Source of the DNA: Octopus bimaculoides
Taxonomy: Eukaryota
Direction of reading: 5' to 3'
Assembly: GCF_001194135.2 (NCBI RefSeq)
Contig: NC_068991.1
Location: forward strand, 17,127,397 to 17,191,396
DNA length: 64,000 bases
Made by a program: the position numbers and the translations under genes. The notes beneath the pieces were generated by a model. That model searched no databases and was not told the origin of the DNA. It saw only the letters and a list, made by a program, of their open reading frames with translations. Of the stretch, positions 12,213 through 25,699 are shown in pieces. Position 1 is the stretch's first letter. Every line of letters starts with the position of its first letter.

Positions 12213-13494
12213 CGTATATATATATATATATATATGTATATAGGAGTGGCTGTGTGGTATTGCCAAAGAAGCATGTGAGTAGGAAGTAGAGACTTCAAAT
12301 GGATGTAGAGAGTGTGGAGGTGGGAAATGCAGTGACTGGTGAAAACCTGGGTATATAAATGGGAATGGGAGGATGAGATAGCGATGATACAGTGAGCAGG
12401 GCAGTGAGGACAGGATTGGGGAGTGAGAGATAAGCATAGTGCATGAAAAAAGGAAACGTGAGAAACGGATGAGATGTAGTTTGGTTTGTTGAGGTAGAGA
12501 GTGCGAAAAGTTTTATTGTGGGTGGATGTAAAGAGAGATGGACAAACAATCAGAGATGCAATGATATCTAGTCCTATAATACAGGATTACATGTAGTCTT
12601 AGCCTTACTTCTACTGACATGTTACAGTTTATTATTTATAACCTTTGATTACTAGTTCTAACTATTTCGGTTAACGGTTTGTACTTATATGAATTTTTGG
12701 TAACTAATTAGATAGACACAGATACTTCAAGTTTAAAATAATTAACAACACCACAGCTGCCTTTTGGTTTGTATATTTGCAAACTATTTCCCCCTCACAT
12801 AGTTTCCAAAAATACAGCAGTAAATGTGTGTATGTATATCATCATCATCATCATCGTTTAACGTCCGCTTTCCATTCTAGCATGGACTATTTGACTAAGG
12901 ACTGGCGAACCAGATGGCTGCACCAGGCTCCAATCTGATCTGGCAGAGTTTCTACAGCTGGATGCCCTTCCTAACGCCAACCACTCCAAGAGTGTAGTGG
13001 GTGCTTTTACGTGCCACCAGCATGAGGGCCAGTCTGGCGGTACTGGCAATGGCTACGCTCAAATGATGTTTTTTACATGCCACCAGCACAGTAGTCAGTC
13101 CAGTGGCACTGGCAACGACCTCGCTCGAATGTTTTGTTCACGTGCCACCGGCACAAGTGCTAGTAAGGTGACGATGGTAACGATCACGCTCAAATGGTGC
13201 TTTTTACATGCCACCAGCACGGAAGCCAGACAGCTGCTCTGGCAGTGATCCCGCTCAGATGGTGCTGTTAGTGCTCCACTGGCACGGGTGCCAGTCATTG
13301 AATTTGGTTCAGTTTCGATTTCACTTGCCCCAACAGGTCTTCGCAAGCAGAGTTTAGTGTCCAATGAAGGAAGGTTGCATGGGTGCCAGTCGTCGAATTT
13401 GGTTCGATTTTGATTTTGATTTCACTTGCCTCAACAGGTCTTCGCAAGCAGGGTTTTGTGTCCAAAGTGGGAAAGGTACGCATAAGTGGGCTAG

Positions 13495-13890
13495 CTACAC
13501 CCCTCGTAAATGCCACAGTTTATAGTCACACTTGGCTTGCCGGGTTTTCTCACCCACAACATATTTCCAAAGGTCTCGGTCACTAGTCATTGCCTCGGTG
13601 AGGCCTAATGTTCGAAGGTCGTGCTTCACCACTTCATCCCAGGTCTTCCTGGGTCTACCTCTTCCACAGGTACCCTCAACTACTAGGCTGTGGCACTTTT
13701 TCACACAGCTATGTACACATAGCTGTTTGTACACATGCGTCATACAGTCTACCTTTTACTCTGAGCGAGAGGCCCTTTGTCACCGGCAGAGGTAGGAGCT
13801 CTCTGAACTTTGCCCAGGCTATTCTTATTCTAGCAGCTACACTTTCAGTGCAGCCTCCCCCACTACTGACTTGGTCACCTAGGTAACAGA
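13495..13890 (-). mobile_element. RTE LINE 3' fragment
   Basis: CVKKCHSLVVEGTCGRGRPRKTWDEVVKHDLRTLGLTEAMTSDRDLW. Confidence 0.85.
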
Positions 13891-14201
13891 AGCTATCAAC
13901 TACTTCTAGTTTTTCTCCTTGGAATGTGGCAGAAGTTAATTAGGCAGATGTTAATTAGGTGTTGCTCAGAGAAGAGAGACCAACTACAGATATGAAACAG
14001 TTTGATGTAACAGTTTCTAATTTCATTATTTAGAGCTGCAAATGATACAATGTTACATGGCTTTACAAAGTCATGTAACAACAAACAAAATCCCATCACT
14101 GACAACCATAAACAACTAAATGCAGTAACAGAGAGAGAGAGAGAGGGAGAGAGCAAGAAAAAGAGAAACAGAGAAGAAAGAATGGTTAAAGTGTGACTTA
14201 C

Positions 14202-14352
14202 TTGTGATGAGTGTAGCTGCGTGGGATAAGTACACAGAATGTGCTCAATGCAAATGCTGAAGCAGGAAGTGACCAGCATGCAATAGCAAAACCACACCAT
14301 TCAACTATTTCTCCAAATAAATTAGCAGCAGTTACATATTCGAAAATTCCAC
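14202..14352 (-). CDS. SRD5A1: Steroid 5-alpha-reductase exon 4 (151 nt)
   Basis: Acceptor atatttccag|GT; (G)GIFEYVTAANLFGEIVEWCGFAIACWSLPASAFALSTFCVLIPRSYTHH; donor CACAA|GTAAGT. Confidence 0.93.
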
Positions 14353-14955
14353 CTGGAAATATAGATTTGAATGAATTATTATTGTTGTTGTTGTTGTTGT
14401 TGTTAAGGTGGCAAATTGGTAGAATCATAACATACTGGACAGAATACCTAGTGAAATTTCTTCCAGCTCTTTAAAGTCCCGAGTTCAAACCCTTGTGAAG
14501 TTAACTTTACCTTTCATCCTTTCATGGTTGATATAATACCGTACCAGTCAAGTACTGGGTTGATGTATTTGACTTTCCTCCTCTCCATAAAATGACTAGC
14601 CTTGTGTTAAAATTTGAAAGAATTATTATTGTTATTATTATTATCATTATTATTATTATGAAATCAGAAACAGTTGTTATTTTTAGGGTCGTGGGTTGGT
14701 AGAATCATCACAGCATCAGACAAAATACTTTGCTGTACTTTGGGCTTAAGTTAAAATACATTATAAACATCAGACTAGATGCCTTGTGGTATTTGTTCCA
14801 GCTCTTTATATTCTGAGCTCAACTGTCGTCAAGGTCAACATTGCCTTTCATCCTTTTGCAGTTGATTAAATAGAGTACCGGTCTAAGACTGGGGTCGATG
14901 TAATTCACTATCCCTCTCCCTTCAAAACTGCTGGAATTGTGCCAAATTTAGAATG

Positions 14956-14997
<42 letters not shown>

Positions 14998-15395
14998 GGT
15001 AGCAATTAAAGTAGTAAGCTGGCAGAATCAGTAACATGCCAGGCAAACTGCTTAGCAGCATTTTGTCTGTCTTTTCATTCTGAGTTCAAATGCTGCCAAG
15101 ATTAACTTTTCCTTTCATCCTTTAGAGATAAATGAAAATGAGTACTNNNNNNNNNNNNNNNNNNNNNNNNNNNNNNNNNNNNNNNNNNNNNNNNNNNNNN
15201 NNNNNNNNNNNNNNNNNNNNNNNNNNNNNNNNNNNNNNNNNNNNNNNNNNNNNNNNNNNNNNNNNNNNNNNNNNNNNNNNNNNNNNNNNNNNNNNNNNNN
15301 NNNNNNNNNNNNNNNNNNNNNNNNNNNNNNNNNNNNNNNNNNNNNNNNNNNNNNNNNNNNNNNNNNNNNNNNNNNNNNNNNNNNNNNNNNNNNNN

Positions 15396-15625
15396 AAGGC
15401 ATCAAGCCATGGAGGCCATGGAGAAATATTACCTTGTTTGGAAACAGGTGAAGGTTGGCAACACAAAAGGCATCAAGCCATGGAGGCTATGGAGAAATAT
15501 TACCTTGTTTGGAAACAGGTGAAGGTTGGCAACACAAAAGGCATCAAGCCATGGAGGCCATGGAGAAATATTACCTTGTTTGGAAACAGGTGAAGGTTGG
15601 CAACACAAAAGGCATCAAGCCATGG
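15396..15625 (+). repeat. 71-bp minisatellite, at least 3.2 copies, running into the adjacent gap
   Basis: AAGGCATCAAGCC starts recur at 15396, 15467, 15538 and 15609. Confidence 0.9.
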
Positions 15626-15730
15626 AAAATCTGCCCCAACATATTCAGCCTGACCCATGCAAGCATAGAAAAGTGGATGTTAAATGATGAGGATTATTTT
15701 TAACGATTATTGTTATATTTATATACTAAC

Positions 15731-15832
15731 CTTGTGGGATTTTGTATCCTGTTTCGTTAGGTTTCCGTAATGTTCGTAGAATATGGTCTGAATGGATGTT
15801 GATGGCCATTCCGATGAAGAATAAAATACAGC
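15731..15832 (-). CDS. SRD5A1: Steroid 5-alpha-reductase exon 3 (102 nt)
   Basis: Not in the ORF track; read by hand: acceptor atctgtag|GC, (G)CILFFIGMAINIHSDHILRTLRKPNETGYKIPQ(G), donor CAAG|GTTAGT. Contains the NIHSD..LR.LRKP..TGYKIP signature. Confidence 0.93.
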
Positions 15833-15923
15833 CTACAGATTGGAAAAATGCAAAAAGGTATCCAAGTTAACGAATTTAGTACAATGATCAGCAATAAAAC
15901 ATTATCATGGACGACGACGATGA

Positions 15924-15965
<42 letters not shown>

Positions 15966-16756
15966 TTGATGAGTCATCACTACCACTCCTGTAAGGTACT
16001 TGTTATTGACATTCATTACTCACCCTTATTAATGTGTGTGTGTGTATGTGTATGTGTGTGTGTGTAAATATATCTTAATTCCCATCCAAAATACACAGAA
16101 GCAACATCCTTCCTCCCTGGGTTTGTTGACTTGCAAGCTACATGTTGACCTCAATAGTGTTGGTGCCCCCACCCCAAAAGTATTCAGTACACATTGTAAA
16201 GTGTTGGTATTGGGAAGGGCGTCCATGCCAAAGCAGACACTGAAGAATAATGCAGTCCTTGACTCATTGGATTCTTGTTAAATCATCCAACTCATGCCAG
16301 CATGGAACATGGACATTAAATGATGACAATGATGATGATGATGATGATATATGAGAGGCTTTTAGTTTCTGCTTACCAAACTCACTCACAAACTTTTGGT
16401 TGGCCCAGGGCTGTATGGAACTTCATGTAGTTGGGAAGCAGACTTTTTAACCACACAACCATGCCAGTGTCTTTGCTTGAGCGAAATAATGTTATGTTTA
16501 CAATCTCTGTTGAAATTTTGATCAATCACTCTGTAATTTCAGAAATCCATGGAATATGGTAACATTAACTTGAAAAATAACAAAAGGTTGGTGACGGGAA
16601 AAGCATCCAGCTGTAAAATTCTGCCTCAAACATGGACCCATTTAATCCTGGCATGGGAAAAGTGACATTAAGTGAGCAAATGAATATATACACTTCCTAT
16701 TTTGCTGCACTCCCAGGAGGTGCAGTCATCCCAGAGTGAGAAACCCTACTTTAGGG

Positions 16757-17303
16757 CAGTGGTTCCCAAACTTTTTAGAGATGCGACCCACTATTTATGA
16801 CACCAGTTTATGGTGACCCACTTAACTCTACTGGGTAAAAACATTAATGAAAGAAACAAATTTATTTCAGATTACATTTTCATTGAGGCCTGTGAGAAGG
16901 CCTCATTTATATTAAATGTGAAACAAAACGTTTTATAACTGTTTCAACGTCTGCATACCCTATAGGCAGGTATTAACTCTAATACAAAACCTCAAAGCAG
17001 TAACTGTTATCAGCTCGATCAGTGTTGTACTGCACCTAGTTTAAAGTTCTCTATAAATAGGTAAAAACAGACTTTTCCTTTTTACGATTACGTTACGAAT
17101 AAAAAACTTGAGAAAATGACCACCTCTGATTTGTTAAGTTCGTGAAAAAAGCCTACTGCTTGATAAAACAACCAGTCTGGTATTGAAAACACGAGTCTTG
17201 AACTATCTCGATAGACAGCAGTTAATCAAAGCTAATGCGTAATTTTATAACTTTTTGCGACCCACTAGGATTCCGTTCGCAACTCATAGTTTGGGAACCA
17301 CTG
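16757..17303. mobile_element. hAT (Charlie-type) non-autonomous element / MITE, 547 bp
   Basis: 16-bp TIRs CAGTGGTTCCCAAACT ... AGTTTGGGAACCACTG; perfect 8-bp TSD CTTTAGGG (16749-16756 and 17304-17311). Confidence 0.92.
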
Positions 17304-18341
17304 CTTTAGGGGCTTCAATAAAATAAAACTGAATCATCTCTCACAATTTGCAATTGCAGCCATGTGATTATATTAAAAATCATTATGATGATATTGATGA
17401 GAGTGTAGGTGTAATTATTTTTGAGCCCATACTGAGCTTATCTATGTTCAATACAGAGTTTGATTAAACAGATTAAAGGGATTTAGGATATGACCATGCC
17501 TTCTCTTACATTAAGGCAGTGTACTCCAAGTTCCATTATACAAGCTGACCTTGGTTTACTTTTTAAGACAACAGAAATTTTCAAACTGGGGTAGGTGTAC
17601 CCATAAGAGTATGCAAGAAATATATTATGGTGTTATGTGAGATTTGTAACAACAATGGAATTTTGAAGTAGTCACAATCAGCTACTTTTAGATAGTGTAT
17701 TCTCAGATATAGTAAAAAGTATTTATTGCACAAAAAAGATACCAAAAAATCATCAAATATGTTGTTTGGAAGTTTTGACTTCTAAATGTAATTAATTGCT
17801 TCAAATATTGGCACAAGGCGAGCAATTTTTATGTGAAAGTAAATCGATTACATTAGCCCCAGTGTTCAACTGGTACTTACTTTATTGACCCTGAAAGGAT
17901 GAAAGGCAAAGCTAACTTTGACAGCATTTGAACTCAGAACATAAAGAGCTGGAAGAAATGCTGCTAAGCATTTTGTCTGGCACAATAACAATTCTGTCAG
18001 CTTATTGCCTACTTTCAAATGTAATTAATATCAAATCCTACATTGTTTTATGTTGTCTATCGAATGGTATCCAACCATATTACACAATATCCTTTTCAAG
18101 GGGTAGGTCAACTCTGATGGACATGATGAATGGCTTCATGAGAAAAAAATGTTTGAGAACCCAATCCTGTGACACATTGTAATTTAATAGGGATTTGGCT
18201 ACTATTCTTGTAGGTCAAGTAACCACATATAAGTTCCTTCATTGGCTTGTGAGTGTGTGTATGTAAGTTGGTGGACGTGAATGTGGTGTTATTATATAAA
18301 TAAGAATTGTAAGAGATGATCAAGAACCCTGCTGTACAAAC

Positions 18342-18508
18342 CTGCTATGAACTGGAAACTGTAAAGCCAGTTTGGAGGAAAGATCGAATATTTCATGAGT
18401 GAGCGAACTTGTATGTAAGAGTTGAAGAAACAGAAGACAAATGCTAAAGAGACTGTTGACAGGGGTGACGGTTTACCTCCACGGATCAATACTGAAAAGA
18501 TACATGTC
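18342..18508 (-). CDS. SRD5A1: Steroid 5-alpha-reductase exon 2 (167 nt)
   Basis: Acceptor ttttcaattgcag|G; translates (R)TCIFSVLIRGGKPSPLSTVSLAFVFCFFNSYIQVRSLMKYSIFPPNWLYSFQFIA(G); donor GCAG|GTTTGT; phases match exons 1 and 3. Confidence 0.92.
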
Positions 18509-18559
18509 CTGCAATTGAAAAGAGGTCATCAGTTAGCAATTAAGGAAGCAACAATCTGA

Positions 18560-19085
18560 TCTATATATATCTATGTGTGTGTGTGTATGTGTGTGTGTGC
18601 GTGTGTATGTGTGCACGTGTGGCCGAGTGTCATACTAATACATCCTTTTGTTATTTACACCACCTGTCCTCGTCTGTTGTTGTTTTTTCGTATATTCTCC
18701 CCTATGTATATGTATATATATATGTCAATATGTATATGTATGTATATATATGTGTGTGTGTGTATGTATATATATGTGTGTGTATATATATATATATGTA
18801 TATATGTGTGTAGAAAGAAGACTGTCGTATATATGTGTATATTTGTGTGTGTACCTCCACCATTGCTTGACAACCGATGTTGCTGTGATTACGTTCCCAT
18901 AACTTAGCGGTTCAGCAAAAAACACCGATAGAATAAGTACTAGGCTTACAAAGAATAAATCCTGTGGTTGATTTTTAAACCAGAGACTGCGCTCCAACAT
19001 GGCCACAGTCAGATGACTGAAACAAGTAAAACAATAAAAAACCTATGCTATTTTAATCCCGAGCAAGGCCAGGTATCTCTGCTAG
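18560..19085 (+). mobile_element. Putative non-autonomous Helitron with a nested SINE
   Basis: Starts A|TCTATATATA; ends CCCGAGCAAGGCCAGGTATCTCTGCTAG|T (degenerate hairpin plus CTAG between A and T). Confidence 0.5.
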
Positions 19086-20059
19086 TTACAAAATATTCTT
19101 AGGTAATTTTAGTAGATTGGAGCCTGGTGTTGCTATCCGGTTTCACCAGTCCTCAGTCAAATCGTCCAACTCATGCTAGCATGGAAAGCGGACGTTAAAC
19201 GATGATGATGATGATGATGATGATGATGATATGTTAAAATGAGATGTCAGTGTTATTATCATTTGTGTAATTTAGACGACAGTTTATTCACCACTCCTTG
19301 TACACACACACATATCTTTCTTATATATCCTGATCCACCTACATACATGCGTACACACAGCCGTATGNNNNNNNNNNNNNNNNNNNNNNNNNNNNNNNNN
19401 NNNNNNNNNNNNNNNNNNNNNNNNNNNNNNNNNNNNNNNNNNNNNNNNNNNNNNNNNNNNNNNNNNNNNNNNNNNNNNNNNNNNNNNNNNNNNNNNNNNN
19501 NNNNNNNNNNNNNNNNNNNNNNNNNNNNNNNNNNNNNNNNNNNNNNNNNNNNNNNNNNNNNNNNNNNNNNNNNNNNNNNNNNNNNNNNNNNNNNNNNNNN
19601 NNNNNNNNNNNNNNNNNNNNNNNNNNNNNNNNNNNNNNNNNNNNNNNNNNNNNNNNNNNNNNNNNNNNNNNNNNNNNNNNNNNNNNNNNNNNNNNNNNNN
19701 NNNNNNNNNNNNNNNNNNNNNNNNNNNNNNNNNNNNNNNNNNNNNNNNNNNNNNNNNNNNNNNNNNNNNNNNNNNNNNNNNNNNNNNNNNNNNNNNNNNN
19801 NNNNNNNNNNNNNNNNNNNNNNNNNNNNNNNNNNNNNNNNNNNNNNNNNNNNNNNNNNNNNNNNNNNNNNNNNNNNNNNNNNNNNNNNNNNNNNNNNNNN
19901 NNNNNNNNNNNNNNNNNNNNNNNNNNNNNNNNNNNNNNNNNNNNNNNNNNNNNNNNNNNNNNNNNNNNNNNNNNNNNNNNNNNNNNNNNNNNNNNNNNNN
20001 NNNNNNNNNNNNNNNNNNNNNNNNNNNNNNNNNNNNNNNNNNNNNNNNNNNNNNNNNNN

Positions 20060-20094
<35 letters not shown>

Positions 20095-20863
20095 TCATCG
20101 TTTAACGTCCACTTTCCATGCTAGCATGGGTTGGACAATTTGACTGAGGACTGGTGAACCAGATGGCTAAACCAGGCTCCAATCTGATTTGGCAGAGTTT
20201 CTACAGCTGGATGCCCTTCCTAACGCCAACCACTCCGAGAGTGTAGTGGGTGCTTTTACGTGCCACCGGCCCGAAGGCCAATCAGGCAGTACTGGCAATG
20301 GCCACGCTAAAAATGGTGTATTTTACGTGCCACCTGCACAGGAGCCAGGATATATATGTTTATTTACATATAATTCTAGGACAACTATGTATGTTGTCCG
20401 TTTTTACTGTCTGCTATGAATTAATCTGACACTGAAGAGATACAATATTCCATATTTTATAATATGCATTGATCTGGATATTGCATCGAAATGATCATAG
20501 GTCATAATAAAGTTTTTACAATGGATCATCTTTTAGTGCTTATTTAAATCGATATACATACAAAAACTCACACATGAGAATTTTGCTACGTTTTATAACA
20601 GATACAATATTTTTTCCAAATTTTGGTATAAATCTATAAATACATACATATATATACAATGCATTGTACATGTATGTGTGGATTGTCTGAAGTGATGTGC
20701 AAGTTTTATATATTAAGAAACAAGAGGTAGTCAGGATTTTGGATAAANNNNNNNNNNNNNNNNNNNNNNNNNNNNNNNNNNNNNNNNNNNNNNNNNNNNN
20801 NNNNNNNNNNNNNNNNNNNNNNNNNNNNNNNNNNNNNNNNNNNNNNNNNNNNNNNNNNNNNNN

Positions 20864-23525
20864 AAAAAAGCTAAAAATTGCTAAATAAGATGAAAAAATG
20901 CTAAAGACTTTATATCAAAAAGCTTAATTTTTATTTACATTTTTATTTACTTTCTTTAATTATATTCAGCATTGAGAAATAATTTCTTGAATTTCACTGA
21001 TTTGATTTCACTTTCAGCTGTGGTGCCTAGGTCTTGACTTCTGTATACATTCAAAAGGTCCCAATCTTGTTAATTGTGCGTTTTGGAATATCGAAGTTTT
21101 TGCAATATCGAAGTTTTCAGGCCATATTATTTATATAAACAGTATTGATCTGAGCATAGGAAGATGCATTTTGTTTTTCAATTTTGATTTGATTACTCCC
21201 ATACTACTGAACAACCGTTCAACTTCTGCATTTGAGTTTGGCAATGCCAATAGATTAATGGCAAAATTTGCAACATCTCTAAAAGGATTTCCTCCAGTAG
21301 CATCTTTATATTCCAAGACTTCCAGCCAGAATGCCTCAGTATTAGACGTATTTCTCCATTTAACTAAATGAATGCTATTAGAGTGAATTTCAATTGAAGC
21401 AATTCTTTCTTCATTTAAATGCATTGCTTCTAAGATAAGTAAAACTGGCTCTTTGAAATGCTGCAAAATATTCACTACTGAAAAACATTTGATATTCCTC
21501 AGTATATTAATATTTTCTGGCAAATGGTGCTTGAACTGAGTAAAGGCAGAGTAGAAATTGTGCTTTTTTGCAAATATCATTATCTTCAGTGGCTGTTACA
21601 ATCTTCTCGATAATCATTTCTGCTATCTATCTCTTGAACCTGTAGCCTACATTTGGTTTAGGATCCAGAAATTTTTAAATAGAAGCATCAGGATCAAGAG
21701 GATCAATTCTATATGTTGGCAACACTATCATATTAGCAACAGATTTGATCAAATTTGAAAGATCTTAAAGTAATTTTGTTTTGTTTGACAGTGTTTGATT
21801 CAAACAGTTTATTCACTTCCTGAACGTCTTAAAATTGGATGCAAAAATAAAAGGTAAAGTTCATTCCTAGAATCACAAAACATTTCATGTAACGTTTGTG
21901 CTGTAAAGCACTTTTCTTTTGTAGTTTGGAAGTGAGTTTACAATTCAAACCATTGGCTTAAAATTCTATTTACAGCCACCTAGTTTTACAAGAATTCACA
22001 ATCTTCAAAGGCTTTTTATCATTGATAGCAAGGTAGGTAAAGTTGTTTGTAGGCACTTTGTCTTGTTGAAGAATGACAGAACCATTTATAGGTTTCGGAT
22101 GCTAAAAATTCAAAATTCATGGGCAAGCATTCAGCACAAGTGTGGGATACTGCCAACTGTAAAGAATGACATACACATCTAAATAGAAGTAATGATGGAA
22201 CTTCTTTTAATTTCTGGAAAACACCATTGATGACCCCTGTCATTACTCTAGCATTGTCAGTTCCTATACCCAGTAAATTTTTTATATTTAATTTCTTTTC
22301 GCTGATTCAGTGTTTAAGGCATCTACAATGCCATCTGCATCACATGTTGAGATATGTATGTACCACTTTTTTTGTGAGTGTCACTGCAATATATAACAAT
22401 TCCTAACAACTTGTTTATCGATATATCATTTGGATTCATCTAATAACAGGCTAAATTTTCTATTTCCTATATCAGAAATCAAATCTCCATCAAAATATGG
22501 AGCTACAACATTTCTCACAATATTTGCACATTGTGTACAATGCAACTTCACTTTGGACATAATATCACTATCAAACATAATTTTTACATAACTATTAAGT
22601 GATCACAGCTATTAAATGATGAGTGGCAACAAATAAACATTTCTAAATTTGCTTCAAGCAAAGATGTCTTATCCTTTTTGGTTTTAATAAAATTGGTAAG
22701 AGGAATCATTTGCTGTGGAGTTGATGCCTTATGTTTCTTTGCTTCACAGTGGCTTACTAAAACAGAATATTTTGCCAACATATTACATCTACAATATCTG
22801 CAATGTGCTTCAGATACTTCACACAACCACTTAGTAAATGCTGGCATCTTAAGCCATTCCTTTCGGAATTTTTGCTGGTACAACTTTGTTTTTTCTTTGC
22901 TCATTATAATGTAGTGGGAAGCAAGAAATAAATTGAATGATTAATAAAAATATAAAATTGAAAATACAACTAATCGGTTTCCAGCTAACAATTCTTATGT
23001 TAGCATGAAAAAAACACAGGCATGAAAAAACACAGGCCTATTTTAAAACAGTCAAACTGTCATGATAAAAACTCATCACTACAGAATAAAGCATTGTTAG
23101 GACAAATTTCCATGCTGTTTTAGTGAGTTCAGTTGCAGACATGAATTGTCTTCTCCTCCTCCCCACCAGCACCACCACTCTGTATCCAAGCCCGTGAGGT
23201 GGCGGCTGGGAAAGTTCATAACTAGGTAAACTTCCTTTCTTTGAATTTTCAAGAAAGCAAAAGAAAAATTCAACAATAGCCGATAGTACTAAAATTTGGC
23301 TATAAGATAAATTAACGAAAGTAGAAAAGGAGGAAAAAGAAGAAAAAAGGGTAACTATTGTGGAAACGTCAGGATCAGAAAAAATTGCTAGAAAAAACAA
23401 ATGCTAAATGAAATTTTAAACTTGCTATTTTTCCTGCTAAATGCTAGATTAAAAAATTTTCCTGCTAAATGTTGAAAAAAAAAAATGCTAGATCTAGCAT
23501 AAAATATGCTAAATTGGCAACCTTG
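20864..23525 (-). mobile_element. hAT transposon relic (ZBED/ZNF862-like transposase, pseudogenised)
   Basis: N-terminal Zn-finger-like KEWL..WL..AHCRYC..H..KKH (22584-22904); RCVCHSLQLAVS CxxH motif; hATC LPNSNAEVERLFSSMGVIKSKLKN; TIR CAAGGTTGCCAA ending at 23525; TGCTA(A/G) subterminal repeats at both ends; the other TIR probably lies in the gap. Confidence 0.88.
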
Positions 23526-25699
23526 GTTTCATTGCATTAGCATNNNNNNNNNNNNNNNNNNNNNNNNNNNNNNNNNNNNNNNNNNNNNNNNNNNNNNNNN
23601 NNNNNNNNNNNNNNNNNNNNNNNNNNNNNNNNNNNNNNNNNNNNNNNNNNNNNNNNNNNNNNNNNNNNNNNNNNNNNNNNNNNNNNNNNNNNNNNNNNNN
23701 NNNNNNNNNNNNNNNNNNNNNNNNNNNNNNNNNNNNNNNNNNNNNNNNNNNNNNNNNNNNNNNNNNNNNNNNNNNNNNNNNNNNNNNNNNNNNNNNNNNN
23801 NNNNNNNNNNNNNNNNNNNNNNNNNNNNNNNNNNNNNNNNNNNNNNNNNNNNNNNNNNNNNNNNNNNNNNNNNNNNNNNNNNNNNNNNNNNNNNNNNNNN
23901 NNNNNNNNNNNNNNNNNNNNNNNNNNNNNNNNNNNNNNNNNNNNNNNNNNNNNNNNNNNNNNNNNNNNNNNNNNNNNNNNNNNNNNNNNNNNNNNNNNNN
24001 NNNNNNNNNNNNNNNNNNNNNNNNNNNNNNNNNNNNNNNNNNNNNNNNNNNNNNNNNNNNNNNNNNNNNNNNNNNNNNNNNNNNNNNNNNNNNNNNNNNN
24101 NNNNNNNNNNNNNNNNNNNNNNNNNNNNNNNNNNNNNNNNNNNNNNNNNNNNNNNNNNNNNNNNNNNNNNNNNGTGTATATATATATATGGGAATAAGCA
24201 TATATATTTATGTGTATATATATGTATGTGTATGTACGTGTGTGTGTGTATTTGTTTGTTTTACTGTCTCCTTGCCTTGACATCAGGCAACAGTTGTAAG
24301 AGAGTAGAATGCCATTGATATAAAAAAAAGTGTTCTTTGTTTACAATTTTCCAATGTCTGGGCATTGTGAAATATAACATTACTTAAAAACAGGAGGGGG
24401 TTGACAAAACGAGAATGGCATCTGGCTATACAAAAATCTGTCTAATTCATATGAGTATGAAAAAGTGAATGCTTCATGTATATATATATATATATGCATG
24501 TGTGTGCCTGTGTGTATCTGATTGTGCTAGTGCTTCAATTCTGCATATATCTCTTTGGTACTCAGTTATGACAATGTGGGTTCCAGTTGATCCAGTCAAG
24601 GGAACAGCCTGCTCGTGAAATTAACATGAATATAGCTGAGCACTCTACAGACACATGTACCCTTAATGTAGTCCTCAGAGAGATTCAGCATGACATAGAA
24701 TGTGACGAGGCCAGCCCTTTAAAATACAGGTACAGCTGATTGAAATAAAGTCGCCGGAATTGAACTCACGACCTTACAGTCGTGAACCAGATACCCTAAC
24801 CACTAAGCCATGTGTTTTCATTTTGTGTATGTACTTAATTGCTGACATTTACCTTTGGTTTCTCCCATTGTTTTGATGTGAAATTTTGTATCATTAACCT
24901 TTTAGTATTCAAACTAGCAATATCCAGCCCAAATATTCTGTTTTTTTGTTCAAACTGGCCAGATCAGGTTTCTCACACCTACCCTGCAATGCTATTCTAG
25001 AAAAAAATATGAACTATCACATCATTGAAATCTCAAAGCGGCAAGATAATGTATGATAAATTTAAAACATTGTGACTAAATAATTGTTAAATTTGACCGA
25101 GTAATCTGAAAGCTAAAAGGTTGATAAACTGCTGGCATTTCTGACAGCACGAACATGCTGGTGTGATGATGATGCTACTGATGATGATGGTGGTGGTGGT
25201 GGCGGCGGTTTTAATGTTTTTAGTTTTGACCACGTGGGACAAAACATGGATTACAAAATAAATGAAATAACACCGTGGGTATTAATATATAAATCGTGTA
25301 AAAAACGAAAATAAGAAAAGTGTAATTATTATAATATAATTTTATGATCGTGGTAATAATAATGTGTGTGCATATAAGTGAAATATATTAATATCTTTTG
25401 AAAATTTTAATCTAAAATGTCACCTGTAAAATGAAACAGAAATGATGTTTCCAACTCAAAACTTCAAAAATAAAGATACATACGTAGTGTACGTGCGCGT
25501 GTGACGGTGAGAGAGACAATCAGACAGAGTAAGAAAGGGAGTGAGAGAGAAAGAAAGAGTGAGTGAAAGAGAGGCAGATACACAGACAGACGACAGCGAT
25601 GAAGTAAAATATCCAAGTAAGCAGATGTAATAAATGGTTACACAATTTTTGGTCAGCATTAGCATAAATACCCAAACATGGAGTAAAAGACAACATTAC

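Noticed and set aside
13896-13983. In-phase candidate for SRD5A exon 5 (NWSLFSEQHLINICLINFCHIPRRKTRSS*)
   Set aside because: Acceptor and phase fit and W is correctly placed, but the conserved Y..F..YP..RK..IPF C-terminus is absent; at best an alternative cryptic exon.
15396-15625. Possible CRISPR-like array
   Set aside because: Eukaryotic context; identical head-to-tail units without unique spacers.
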